IMG/VR virus record: IMGVR_UViG_3300032216_001891
Location: 90,555-154,554 of that record
Length of the DNA: 64,000 nucleotides
Reading direction: 5' to 3' (one strand)
From: a virus
Taxonomy: Duplodnaviria; Caudoviricetes
Position numbers and translations under genes: made by a program. The notes beneath the pieces were generated by a model. That model saw only the letters and a list, made by a program, of their open reading frames with translations. It was not told the DNA's origin and ran no database searches. This document shows, one piece after another, positions 27,478-36,696 of the stretch (position 1 is its first letter; each line of letters opens with the position of its first letter).

Positions 27478-28362
27478 TTATTTTTTTAAAATTTTGTTCA
27501 TCATGAACAGTGGTTGTGTTGCGTTTTTTAAATTAAACCCTAAATCTATTTTTTCAAATATAACTTGTGCTTCTTTTGTTTGTGCCCATAGTACAAACTC
27601 TCGTTGTATTGTTGAAATTTTGTCCGGTGATACGCCAGGACTGGCCCATAAAAATAAATGTGCGAATCCCGTGTCAAACGGAATACCTTGTTCAAAAGCG
27701 GTTGGCACCTGAGGTAATAGTGTTGATCTACGATTGGATAAAACAGCCAAGGCTTTTACTTTACCGGCTTGTATCAATGGTTCTGCACCAACCACACTGA
27801 CTATGCCTAAATCTAAATTACCATTGGCTACATCCATCACCACTGCACCTCCAGATTTATAAAAAACTTCATTTATATCTAAATTTGGATTTTGCTCGAC
27901 CAGCTGTCTAGTCCAAAATAATTGGCTACTACTGTAGGCAGCTCCTAGATTAAGTTTTCTTGTGCCACTCACCAACTCTTTAATGTTACGTACATCTAAT
28001 CTATTGCTGGCAACCAAGGCCACAGGGGCTACGCCCAAATACAATATTGGCACAATATCTCGCTGTTGATCAATGACAAATTCAGGTTGCACAGCACCAA
28101 GCATCAACGATATGTCTGATCTTTTATTATCAATCAATGCTTGTGCAGCAACTAACCCTTGAGCACCGGGATGAAATTCCAATACAACGTTCTTTTTCAA
28201 TATGCTAGACAGCACAGGAGTAAATTCCAACGCATATTTGTGATATAATCCGCCTGCCCCACTGGGTACAATCAAAGCGGTTGTTTGTGCATAGATCGAA
28301 AAAGATATGAATTGAAAACAAATTAGAAAATATTTAAACACAATAAACTTTCCTAGGAACAA
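27478..28362 (-). CDS. Bug/TctC tripartite tricarboxylate transporter substrate-binding protein
   Basis: IVPSGAGG, HPGAQGLVA, YKSGGAVVMDVANG, GKVKALAV, RSTLLPQVPT. Confidence 0.85.
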   Translation of the reverse strand: MFLGKFIVFKYFLICFQFISFSIYAQTTALIVPSGAGGLYHKYALEFTPVLSSILKKNVVLEFHPGAQGLVAAQALIDNKRSDISLMLGAVQPEFVIDQQRDIVPILYLGVAPVALVASNRLDVRNIKELVSGTRKLNLGAAYSSSQLFWTRQLVEQNPNLDINEVFYKSGGAVVMDVANGNLDLGIVSVVGAEPLIQAGKVKALAVLSNRRSTLLPQVPTAFEQGIPFDTGFAHLFLWASPGVSPDKISTIQREFVLWAQTKEAQVIFEKIDLGFNLKNATQPLFMMNKILKK

Positions 28363-28365
28363 GGA

Positions 28366-29352
28366 TTATCGGTTGTACCATTGATGGGCACTGTCAATGA
28401 TGGTGGCTATATCGCTGTATTGCGGAGTCCACCCTAATTTTTCTTGTATCCTGCTGGCATCGGCCACAAGTTCTGCTGGGTCACCAAATCTAGGTGATCC
28501 ATACGTGATGTAGGGAATACCGTATTTTTCGTCTATGTAATTAACAATCTCTTGATTACTGGTGCCACGATTGGTGCCGAGATTATAAACTTCAAAGCCC
28601 AGTTGTGTGGGAAACGGAAGATCATCGTGATGGGGTTGACTGGCCACGACATGTGCTTGAGCTATGTCCCAAACATGCACATAGTCACGCACACAGGTTC
28701 CATCTGCTGTATCAAAATCTTGTCCATTGATCACTAGTCCTTGATCGGGACTGTTGGCTCGGCTGGCTTCTAAAGCACGAGCCACCAAGTGTGTGGCTCC
28801 GGGTTCTTGACCTAGGTCAAAGGAGAAAGGTTCTGCTCCAGCGGCGTTGAAATATCTAAAAACCACACTGCGTAGAGCATAGGCGCCCCAGTAGTCTTTG
28901 AGAATTCGTTCGGTCATGGCCTTGGTGGCACCGTAGGGACTAATGGGCTGAACGTCATGGTCTTCTCTACATGGTAATACATCGGGTTCTCCGTACACAC
29001 TGGCACTGCTACTGAACATGATCAAGGGTTTTGTATCAAAGTCCCGCAACACATTCAGCATGCGTATGGTCTTGGCAATGTTGTTGTCGTAGTATTCACC
29101 CGGGTCCGTCATGCTGGGTCCAACTAAGCTGGTTCCAGCACAGTGTACAACAATATCGGGTGCTAGGCTGTGCATGGTGGCAAGGCTGCTGTCACTGGCA
29201 AAATCACCAATCGAATATCCATCCAAGTCTTTCAGTGTGTGATCGCGTTGTTCTCGATCAATGATGTAGACTTGATCGCCATTTTGTTTAAATGCACGTG
29301 CCACATGACTACCTATATAGCCACATCCTCCGGTTACAATTACCGTTCTCAC
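28366..29352 (-). CDS. galE: UDP-glucose 4-epimerase
   Basis: TGGCGYIGSH, FSSSASVYG, YGATK, FRYFNAAGA, DGTCVRDYVHV; GTG start assumed. Confidence 0.92.
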   Translation of the reverse strand: MRTVIVTGGCGYIGSHVARAFKQNGDQVYIIDREQRDHTLKDLDGYSIGDFASDSSLATMHSLAPDIVVHCAGTSLVGPSMTDPGEYYDNNIAKTIRMLNVLRDFDTKPLIMFSSSASVYGEPDVLPCREDHDVQPISPYGATKAMTERILKDYWGAYALRSVVFRYFNAAGAEPFSFDLGQEPGATHLVARALEASRANSPDQGLVINGQDFDTADGTCVRDYVHVWDIAQAHVVASQPHHDDLPFPTQLGFEVYNLGTNRGTSNQEIVNYIDEKYGIPYITYGSPRFGDPAELVADASRIQEKLGWTPQYSDIATIIDSAHQWYNR

Positions 29353-29582
29353 TGCTTTTTGTTTTTTTGTTCCAGTTCCCAATTCTTTTCCAGTAGTATG
29401 TTGTTTTGACTGCGTAGGCGAGAGACATCCTGTCTCATGCTGTCGGTCAAATTACGATGATACGCTAAATCGCGTTGTAGCTTTTCATCAGTGATGGGAG
29501 GTTTTTGTTGACTGGCACAATAAGAATATCCGGCTAAAAAGCCTGCCGCGCCAACTACTGCGGTTAATAAGTCAAAGGTCAT
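29349..29582 (-). CDS. hypothetical membrane-anchored coiled-coil protein
   Basis: N-terminal hydrophobic helix. Confidence 0.55.
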   Translation of the reverse strand: MTFDLLTAVVGAAGFLAGYSYCASQQKPPITDEKLQRDLAYHRNLTDSMRQDVSRLRSQNNILLEKNWELEQKNKKQ

Positions 29583-29797
29583 ATATAAAATCCTTTTAGG
29601 GTATTGGTATCGGGAATACCTTGTATAGTTTTTAACATTACATATTGATCATACAGGTTGGATAATTCATTTTCCTCACCAAGATACCACTGACTGGCAG
29701 CTCGCATGCTCAAAGCGTCAAGTTCAGTTTCGGTCAACATGGGGTACTGCTCTCGAGCCAAAGTTATCCAAATTTCTCGTTTAGTGCCAAGACTCAT
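29579..29797 (-). CDS. hypothetical protein
   Basis: 72 aa coupled ORF. Confidence 0.55.
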   Translation of the reverse strand: MSLGTKREIWITLAREQYPMLTETELDALSMRAASQWYLGEENELSNLYDQYVMLKTIQGIPDTNTLKGFYI

Positions 29798-29812
29798 GTG
29801 TGTTTTCTGTAA

Positions 29813-30058
29813 TTAAAAATCGGGCTCGTAATCATCTGCACCATACAGTACCTGTCCTTTTCTCACAATCATAAGGTCACTCTTGGTTGGCAACACCCAA
29901 ATACGCTGTGTTAAAAAATAAACTCGTGCCACATCACGCACTTGATTCATGTACTTTTCTGCCATGTGCATGGGCAGAGAACCCACATCTACTCGCAAAA
30001 TAATAAGGTCATCATCTTCTACATGTAAGATTTTTACATCTAGGACTTTATCTAACAT
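29813..30058 (-). CDS. hypothetical protein
   Basis: 81 aa, VDVGSLP...AEKYM. Confidence 0.55.
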   Translation of the reverse strand: MLDKVLDVKILHVEDDDLIILRVDVGSLPMHMAEKYMNQVRDVARVYFLTQRIWVLPTKSDLMIVRKGQVLYGADDYEPDF

Positions 30059-31236
30059 TAGTATTTGCTCTCATGTGTGTGTTTTCTGTAATCTGTACTC
30101 ATGCGTAGCCACTGTTCTCCAGAACCTTCAAGTATATCAACAATACGATCTATAGTACCATCGGTCCAGGCACTGATCTTACCCTGGTTCTTATGTGGTG
30201 CCGTTAACAATACATCTAGTTTAGCAATAGCATCATCTAGACTCCAAGGAATGTATAACCGTTCTGGATCATTTGCAAAAGTTTCAGGGAAGCTACGATA
30301 AGCAGGATATAGAACATTGGCTCCGAGTGTATCTGCTTCACTAACTGTGTTCGAAACCCAGTCTTGTAAAGCACAGTTAAACAATACCCTAGTGTCGTTA
30401 AGAAGATTGTAGTAATCATTTTTACTCAAGTCCTCGTATACAGTCAATAATCCACGTGCTTGTAAGTCACGTGTACGTGCCATGTAACTACTATTATTTG
30501 ATTTAAGTTTACTGCCTGAGAAGACACAAAACTCTACTGCGGGATTGCCAGCATCAGCATGCCAAGCTTCAATCAAGTCCATATAAAAGTCTGGTTGCTT
30601 TTCTTGATCCCATCTTGCAGCAAATCCCACACGCATGGCTCGTTGGTCAAATGGTGTTAGTTCTCCAGCGACTCTTGCACGGACTTCATCTCGACCAAAC
30701 GCCAAGCCGGAGATGTTGTAGATCGGGGCTTCCCAGCCAGCTATTTTCATGTGCATTGCCATTTCTTCATTTGAAGCTAGTACAATATCCGCAAAACTAT
30801 CCACCATTTTCTCATAAAGTGCCATCCACTTTTGCATACCCCAGACATGAACAAAATCATCCGGGTCAATGCTTTGTGCAAGACAACGAACAGCGATCCT
30901 AGGACGCATGTTAGGCTCAACTTGATTAATAATGTAAGGTAGGCTCTCGATGCCTGGTTGAAACATGTCTTCAAAGTATATAACATCTTCATTTGTGATT
31001 TCCCCTGCTTTCATTTTTGCTACAAGCGTCATTAGTTGACTCATGCCAAAGTAAGTGCGTCCGTGTGCATCCAACACCTGTCCTGTTACAATGGCTTGAT
31101 CATTGCTTAATGTTTCACCAGCAACAACTTCATAGTCGATGCTACGACGCCGAAATACACGTTCGTTCCAGTCTTGTAACTGTAGTGTGTATCTTGCTTT
31201 ATAGGGCTCCAAACCCATGTACCAAAGTTTTCTCAT
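30058..31236 (-). CDS. GT-B fold glycosyltransferase-like protein
   Basis: FAARWDQEKQP, ALQDWVSNTVSEA, YRSFPE resemble the GT4 C-terminal donor-binding region. Confidence 0.7.
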   Translation of the reverse strand: MRKLWYMGLEPYKARYTLQLQDWNERVFRRRSIDYEVVAGETLSNDQAIVTGQVLDAHGRTYFGMSQLMTLVAKMKAGEITNEDVIYFEDMFQPGIESLPYIINQVEPNMRPRIAVRCLAQSIDPDDFVHVWGMQKWMALYEKMVDSFADIVLASNEEMAMHMKIAGWEAPIYNISGLAFGRDEVRARVAGELTPFDQRAMRVGFAARWDQEKQPDFYMDLIEAWHADAGNPAVEFCVFSGSKLKSNNSSYMARTRDLQARGLLTVYEDLSKNDYYNLLNDTRVLFNCALQDWVSNTVSEADTLGANVLYPAYRSFPETFANDPERLYIPWSLDDAIAKLDVLLTAPHKNQGKISAWTDGTIDRIVDILEGSGEQWLRMSTDYRKHTHESKY

Positions 31237-31586
31237 CGTGCTTTCCTAAATTCTTCAACATCTTCCACTGCATGATGTAGTATTGTAGCATAGTTCATAG
31301 CCTGTTGTCTATTCATGCTGATTGTGGTTTCGCAACGAACATGTCCTTTGGTCAGTAACTGCCAAATGTGATACCAGCGTGTTTGGCTCCACCAGTTGGA
31401 TTTTACTCGAACATACACATTTACTTCAACATCGCACTCGTTGGCCTCGACCCAAACATCGTGCTCGTGGTCACTTTGTCCACATTCACATGTAACTTGG
31501 TAGCGTCTGGCATCACCCCAGGTGTTTTTGATCAAGACTCCGGTGGCAGGAGTTTCGGGTGTTAGCGCCATGTTCTTGGACGCCAA
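31233..31586 (-). CDS. hypothetical protein
   Basis: 117 aa, CECG...H. Confidence 0.6.
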   Translation of the reverse strand: MASKNMALTPETPATGVLIKNTWGDARRYQVTCECGQSDHEHDVWVEANECDVEVNVYVRVKSNWWSQTRWYHIWQLLTKGHVRCETTISMNRQQAMNYATILHHAVEDVEEFRKAR

Positions 31587-31831
31587 TTTGCATCACGTGG
31601 TTTGAAATCACGTTTCTCTTTGGGATAAGGACTCCAGTTGTCCTTAGGATGCTTGCCGGCTTTTACACGTTGCATTTCGCCCCAAGGAGTCTTTTCGTTG
31701 TAGAGATGATTCTCATCATACACATAACCTTGACGTTTGCAGAATTCTAAATATTCTGCAAGGTCGTCGAATAGGTCACGTACTTCGGGTTTCATGCGAA
31801 GATATTTGTTTAACCAAGTGGGCTGGCCCAT
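31562..31831 (-). CDS. hypothetical protein
   Basis: Start refined to MGQPTWL after AAGGAG. Confidence 0.65.
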   Translation of the reverse strand: MGQPTWLNKYLRMKPEVRDLFDDLAEYLEFCKRQGYVYDENHLYNEKTPWGEMQRVKAGKHPKDNWSPYPKEKRDFKPRDANWRPRTWR

Positions 31832-31842
31832 ACACTGCTCCT

Positions 31843-32286
31843 TTAAATTACGATTAATTGACTTGGACGGGTTACGTTGTAATTGATTCGGCATCCGTTT
31901 TCACCGTCCTCGGATACCTCAATTGATACATAACGACCGGGATAACGGGCCGCAATTTGCAAGTACAAGTCATCTGCCATCATTTCGCAGCTCTTGAAAT
32001 CTAATTCTAACACATCCTTGCTGTAAAGACTCTCCAACCAGCGTTTGACCTGTATAAACTCCAAATCTCGATCGTTATGTTCCACTCCAATCCCGACTTG
32101 AAAATGGAATATGTGTCTGTGACTATTGGCCAAGAAACTCACATCATACTCACCGGGAGTACACAAGTTGGGATCTGTGGCCGCCGCAGGATAACGATGT
32201 ATGCCTTCACGTTGGAACTTGACCCAAATCTGTCTTTGGGCCTGCGTCATGATTCTATCTACTGTTTCTCTCAATTCTTGATTCAT
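31843..32286 (-). CDS. QueD-like T-fold protein, candidate CDG decarboxylase (DpdL-like)
   Basis: FLANSHRHIF (LxxxHRHxF), DRDLEF, SCEMMA, EVSEDGENG; in the deazaguanine cluster. Confidence 0.7.
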   Translation of the reverse strand: MNQELRETVDRIMTQAQRQIWVKFQREGIHRYPAAATDPNLCTPGEYDVSFLANSHRHIFHFQVGIGVEHNDRDLEFIQVKRWLESLYSKDVLELDFKSCEMMADDLYLQIAARYPGRYVSIEVSEDGENGCRINYNVTRPSQLIVI

Positions 32287-32795
32287 TTTATTACCTCATC
32301 TTTAGTATATTGACTCCACACCGTAAAACACTTACGGTCTTGTAACGCATGTATGCTGTGACACCAGACTCCAGGATTAGAGGCCGCAAAGTCTCGATCG
32401 TCTAACTTAATTGTAGCATTATATCCCAACTGTTGTATATGGGGTAATTTAACCGAAATCATGGGAACAAAGTTGTGATGTTGTATTAGATCAGTTTCAA
32501 GCAAACGTTCCACATGTACCACATCCAAATCCAGTGTACACAAAAACTGTTGACCCAAACATCTCGATATCATGGCACTCCACTCGTCCCAGATACTGTA
32601 GTTAGCCTCGGTTGACGGAAAACTTTGATTGGCACCAAAGTAAATATGTTCGACATCATTGGCACGAGCATGTTTAATCACTTCCAGTTGACTTTGCACT
32701 CCCACTACAAACAAAGTCTTCATTCCATAAGCCGGAGTATGCTCTACCTCAGTGCCAACAAAAAAGTTTATATCTTCATGGCCTTCACGGTTCAT
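32283..32795 (-). CDS. hypothetical protein in the deazaguanine cluster
   Basis: GTEVEH, HIYFGANQSF, NPGVWCH; start refined. Confidence 0.7.
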   Translation of the reverse strand: MNREGHEDINFFVGTEVEHTPAYGMKTLFVVGVQSQLEVIKHARANDVEHIYFGANQSFPSTEANYSIWDEWSAMISRCLGQQFLCTLDLDVVHVERLLETDLIQHHNFVPMISVKLPHIQQLGYNATIKLDDRDFAASNPGVWCHSIHALQDRKCFTVWSQYTKDEVIK

Positions 32796-32796
32796 G

Positions 32797-34365
32797 TTAT
32801 TCTCCAAATAAGTCAGGGTTGAGTACGGGCTGTGGCTGTACTGTTTTAACAGGTTTATCGCGAGCCAAATTGCCTTCAATGTCCACAAGTTCCGCTGCCA
32901 TGGTCTGTGAGTTCATGGCTTTTTTGCCTTTGTTTCCTCTAGTGCCTACAATTTCCATCCAGTACTTGCTGTAGTAGGCAATAATTTCCAAACTCTCTTG
33001 TTGTGTTGGCGCAGAAAATATACGTTCCACAATATCTTCAAAATAAGCATTGTCTCCGGTGTACTGCATCATGGCTGGATGTTCTCCTGCGTCAAATCTT
33101 CTATTGGCTTCTTGTACTGCTGTCAAGTGCATCCAAACATTGTGGCCCATTAGCAGTGCATAACTGAAACTATCCCACGAAGTTTTTCCTTCTTTGCCGT
33201 TTTTATTGACATCACCGGGAGCGTAGATACAAATGTCTTTCATTTTCAGCATGTTGCTGATGGGACTGTCCTGCCAATTTTTAATAGGCGAGTTGGGATC
33301 CTTGAGTGTTATGTCGGCCAATAGGCCCACACCCCACTTGCGTGTGTCACGAGCGTATTTTTTATCATCCAATACCGGAGCCATTTTATAACTCCATTTG
33401 CCCTCCGGCGGGAATACATTTTCATAGTACACCTGTCCATTGGCAGTGGCCAAGAAAGGACTGGCACAGTCAAAACTAATAGTGAAATTGGGATTGATGT
33501 GTTTTCTTACACTACGTTGTATCACAGTGAGCAACACTGCCCATTCCAACTTGCTTGTGCCCAAGAAGTGCATCCAATCATGCACACCCTCCTGCAACAA
33601 GTTATCATACTTTAATGCAACCAGTCGCTTCAACACCAGTTCCACATCACACATGTTCTGTCCACCCATGCTCCAGCCGTTGAAGTGTGTGTCGGGATAC
33701 TGCACAGGGTCGCAATAGTGTTTCATGGTTTGATACCATTGTTCAGCATCCTTGTGAGTAGCTCCCTGCAACACATTCAACACTCGCATGCCGCCATTTT
33801 TAACACCTCGACGATGTTTGATGTAAAAGTCATTGTTGTACCGGGTGGCATCAACCAATTCATTAATATCTTTAAAGTTACCAATTTTACTGTTGGCCAC
33901 TCGGTTGTTTATCACCCAAGTTGGTATATCCAAAGTCATACCATAATCTGCAACTCCGTCAAGCCATTTGAGTACAGCTTCGCGTCGAGCCTGTGCCCGA
34001 GCACAACCGGATCCGGCTCGCCAATCACCCTCCCACAAGCCCTTGGCTATCTGGAATCCGCCCGAGTCGCCCAACATAACTGTTGCGGGATCACGTTTGC
34101 GAACCATATCCTCACTGGAGTCGGGTTTGGTTAAATCTAAATTGGCATGTCCGCCGGAATATAAACTCCATTTATAGGGAAACAACGCCTGTTGTGCATT
34201 GAGCCAGTTCAGTTGTTCCATGTCGGTCAAGCCTTGAGGAAAACGTGCTGGATCTACATAATTTTCGTTTCTTTGCTTGCCAATGAAAGTGGCATAGAAT
34301 CCCGAGATGGCCGGAAGGAATACTGCATAATCCTGTTGTTTTGCTGTTAAGTTATCTTGCTCCAT
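32797..34365 (-). CDS. tRNA-guanine transglycosylase-like protein (DpdA-type DNA deazaguanine inserting enzyme)
   Basis: LGDSGGFQ, MTLDIP, LNVLQG, GWSMGG, HFLG, SFDCASP match TGT/DpdA barrel motifs; cluster context. Confidence 0.8.
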   Translation of the reverse strand: MEQDNLTAKQQDYAVFLPAISGFYATFIGKQRNENYVDPARFPQGLTDMEQLNWLNAQQALFPYKWSLYSGGHANLDLTKPDSSEDMVRKRDPATVMLGDSGGFQIAKGLWEGDWRAGSGCARAQARREAVLKWLDGVADYGMTLDIPTWVINNRVANSKIGNFKDINELVDATRYNNDFYIKHRRGVKNGGMRVLNVLQGATHKDAEQWYQTMKHYCDPVQYPDTHFNGWSMGGQNMCDVELVLKRLVALKYDNLLQEGVHDWMHFLGTSKLEWAVLLTVIQRSVRKHINPNFTISFDCASPFLATANGQVYYENVFPPEGKWSYKMAPVLDDKKYARDTRKWGVGLLADITLKDPNSPIKNWQDSPISNMLKMKDICIYAPGDVNKNGKEGKTSWDSFSYALLMGHNVWMHLTAVQEANRRFDAGEHPAMMQYTGDNAYFEDIVERIFSAPTQQESLEIIAYYSKYWMEIVGTRGNKGKKAMNSQTMAAELVDIEGNLARDKPVKTVQPQPVLNPDLFGE

Positions 34366-34984
34366 AGAACTTTACCGAGTTAATTAATTCGTAGTCAAGG
34401 GCAAAGTAATCCTTCACCGCTTTGAGATATTTAGGGTTTTGTATTTCTCTTGCAAATATATTTTTAAATTTTTTACGTATGGGATCTGCTTCGCTCACAT
34501 GTTGTGGTTCATATCTATGATATCTATTAGGCATACCGTGTTCATCCAAGAACACACTAAAGTCCTGTCTATAGTGTTCGTCACACAGGAAAAACACACA
34601 CTGTTCACGATCAAGCCCATGTACAAAGTTTACTTGACGCTCGGTGTGATCGTCAAACGCAATTCTATCGAAAATTAAATCCATGGCTTCTAAATCATGC
34701 ATGATAAAATCTGGATGATACAGTGCAAGGTATTCGGCGATGCCGCTTAACCAACGCTCAACAGGATCACGCAACACCACCATGGCTGTTTTTACTTGAA
34801 GAATACGATCGGTGTGATAGTTGTAAAACTCCCAACCAAAATCCTGCAGGTTGGGTTTGGTCCACGAGCTGGCACATTTGGGAATATTGACATACATAAG
34901 GTCAGTGCTGTTACTGGACATGCATTGACCATACACATGCCCTTTTGAACTCCACTGATTTAAAAACTCTGCATCAATTTTCAT
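34352..34984 (-). CDS. sulfotransferase family 2-like protein
   Basis: YVNIPKCASS (5'-PSB-like), LRDPVERWLSG (3'-PB-like), YFALDYEL. Confidence 0.7.
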   Translation of the reverse strand: MKIDAEFLNQWSSKGHVYGQCMSSNSTDLMYVNIPKCASSWTKPNLQDFGWEFYNYHTDRILQVKTAMVVLRDPVERWLSGIAEYLALYHPDFIMHDLEAMDLIFDRIAFDDHTERQVNFVHGLDREQCVFFLCDEHYRQDFSVFLDEHGMPNRYHRYEPQHVSEADPIRKKFKNIFAREIQNPKYLKAVKDYFALDYELINSVKFYGAR

Positions 34985-35712
34985 TTGGTTTGAGCTGGGA
35001 TAATATATGAATATTCTGCAATTCCCGAGTCCACAGTGATCATAGCAGCACCTTCGTCGGAGATTTTAAATGTTTTATCCCCACTCAGGCTTAAAATACT
35101 GATCACAGCCGATACGGGCCAATTCCAATTTTTAGTTATAGCACCTGTGACACCGGCTTGGAATACAAAGTTACCGGCATGGCTACTGGCATCTCCAAAG
35201 AAGAATTTTAAATCACCATTTTCAGTCTTGGCCACAAATGTAGTTTCTTCGCTGTTGGCACTGGCTTGAAATTTCAAACGCTGAATGTTCACAGCAGTGG
35301 GAGCAAAGTCCACACCCCACTTGACACCTTTGAATTTAACTGCTTTGAGTTTGTCATTGATGATTTCTGCCGCCATAAAACGATAGTCGTTTTTAAAGTC
35401 ACCTGCGGCATTTTCAAAATGCACTCCTGCGGGAATGGATTCACCATTGCGTTCTTGACGATTGATGCTGAGTCTAGCATTTTCTCTGTACTCGGGGATA
35501 CCCAATATGGTATTGAGTTTTCCTAAATTAGGCATACCAAACACACCAATGAAGTCTGGGTGTGCTGATTTAAAACGTGCTTCTACAATAACTGATCTAT
35601 CTTCAGCCACTGCATTGATCACTGTGGCATCTTCAGTACCAGTGATTTTAACTAGGTCAATGATGCCCAGTCCATGTGTATGTGCCACAATATCTTTTAA
35701 AAAATCTTGCAT
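34981..35712 (-). CDS. probable DNA polymerase sliding clamp (gp45/PCNA-like)
   Basis: 243 aa alternating beta/alpha pattern, C-terminal YSYIIPA, close to polB; fold inferred. Confidence 0.55.
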   Translation of the reverse strand: MQDFLKDIVAHTHGLGIIDLVKITGTEDATVINAVAEDRSVIVEARFKSAHPDFIGVFGMPNLGKLNTILGIPEYRENARLSINRQERNGESIPAGVHFENAAGDFKNDYRFMAAEIINDKLKAVKFKGVKWGVDFAPTAVNIQRLKFQASANSEETTFVAKTENGDLKFFFGDASSHAGNFVFQAGVTGAITKNWNWPVSAVISILSLSGDKTFKISDEGAAMITVDSGIAEYSYIIPAQTK

Positions 35713-35732
35713 AAGGTTCTCCTGTTTTATGT

Positions 35733-35762
35733 ATTATACGTGATTGTATTTAGACCTGTCAA
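35733..35762 (-). promoter_or_regulatory. composite promoter TTGACA-N18-TATAAT with TAAATA in the spacer
   Basis: tgtcaa 35757-62, tattta 35747-52, attata 35733-38. Confidence 0.6.
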
Positions 35763-36694
35763 CGGTCGATGTTTTTTATTTCGCCCAATACCTGATGTGC
35801 TTTGACGGTGTGCAAGACACCGGGACGTTGAATTTCTAACCAGCTGATGTTGTATTGATCGAACTCACTGTGTATGCTGTAGCCCAAGCTTTGGCACAAC
35901 AGTATCAGCAAGCTCTTGGGCATGTAGGTTTGTGCAAATCTTTCAGCCAAGCCAGCACCGTGTGTGGTGTCACCATCGTTGTAACTGAACATAAACACAC
36001 CGCCCGGTCTCAACAAATCAAATATCTGTTGTAGATACAATTTCATAGTGTCCATGCTGACATAGTTAAAATATCCCCAACTGAAAACAAACGCCATCTG
36101 TTGCTGAGGCAACGCAGATAAATCATGATCGCGTATGCGATATTTTCTCAATCTTGTTTGATATTCTGGGGTAAATTGGCTGTTGGAGGAGTCAAGAAAC
36201 TCTTGATGGGGATCGGCCAAGTACAAAGGATCTGCTGCCACCATGTACTGAGTCCACTCGCCATCTCTGCATCCAATTTCCACAGCCGGATATCTCCAAT
36301 TGGTGTGCAACATTATACGTTGTTTGACATCTTGTTCGGTATCGGGCTGTATAACAATTCTGCGATTGGTTCTAATGGATTCAACAGTACCGGGCTGTTG
36401 TTCTAGGCTGTAATTATTGGCAAATAGTCTGTGAGTTATCTCATTGATTTCTTGGTCAATCTGTTCAATCTTAACTTTTAATTCATCGGACATTTGCACA
36501 ACTGTTTCGGTCAAGTGTATAAATTTAATAACAGTGGTTTGAATATGCTGTTCGTACGTGTCGCTGATATTGCTGACTTGAGCATTGATGTTTTCAAAAT
36601 TACGTTTCAACTGTTGCAATTCTTCAACGGCAGAGTCAATGGCCATGGCTTCGATCAGAGACTGCCGCAGTGCAACAAGATTATATAAATTCAT
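35759..36694 (-). CDS. class I SAM-dependent methyltransferase-like protein with N-terminal coiled coil
   Basis: AVEIGCRDG motif I, LLRPGGVFMFSY. Confidence 0.7.
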   Translation of the reverse strand: MNLYNLVALRQSLIEAMAIDSAVEELQQLKRNFENINAQVSNISDTYEQHIQTTVIKFIHLTETVVQMSDELKVKIEQIDQEINEITHRLFANNYSLEQQPGTVESIRTNRRIVIQPDTEQDVKQRIMLHTNWRYPAVEIGCRDGEWTQYMVAADPLYLADPHQEFLDSSNSQFTPEYQTRLRKYRIRDHDLSALPQQQMAFVFSWGYFNYVSMDTMKLYLQQIFDLLRPGGVFMFSYNDGDTTHGAGLAERFAQTYMPKSLLILLCQSLGYSIHSEFDQYNISWLEIQRPGVLHTVKAHQVLGEIKNIDR

Positions 36695-36696
36695 TG

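Noticed and set aside
20707-34365. Ordinary tRNA queuosine pathway
   Set aside because: No queC, queF or queA in the window; the TGT-like protein is long, divergent, lacks an evident CxCxxC zinc site and sits beside replication genes, which favours DNA modification. Not fully excluded
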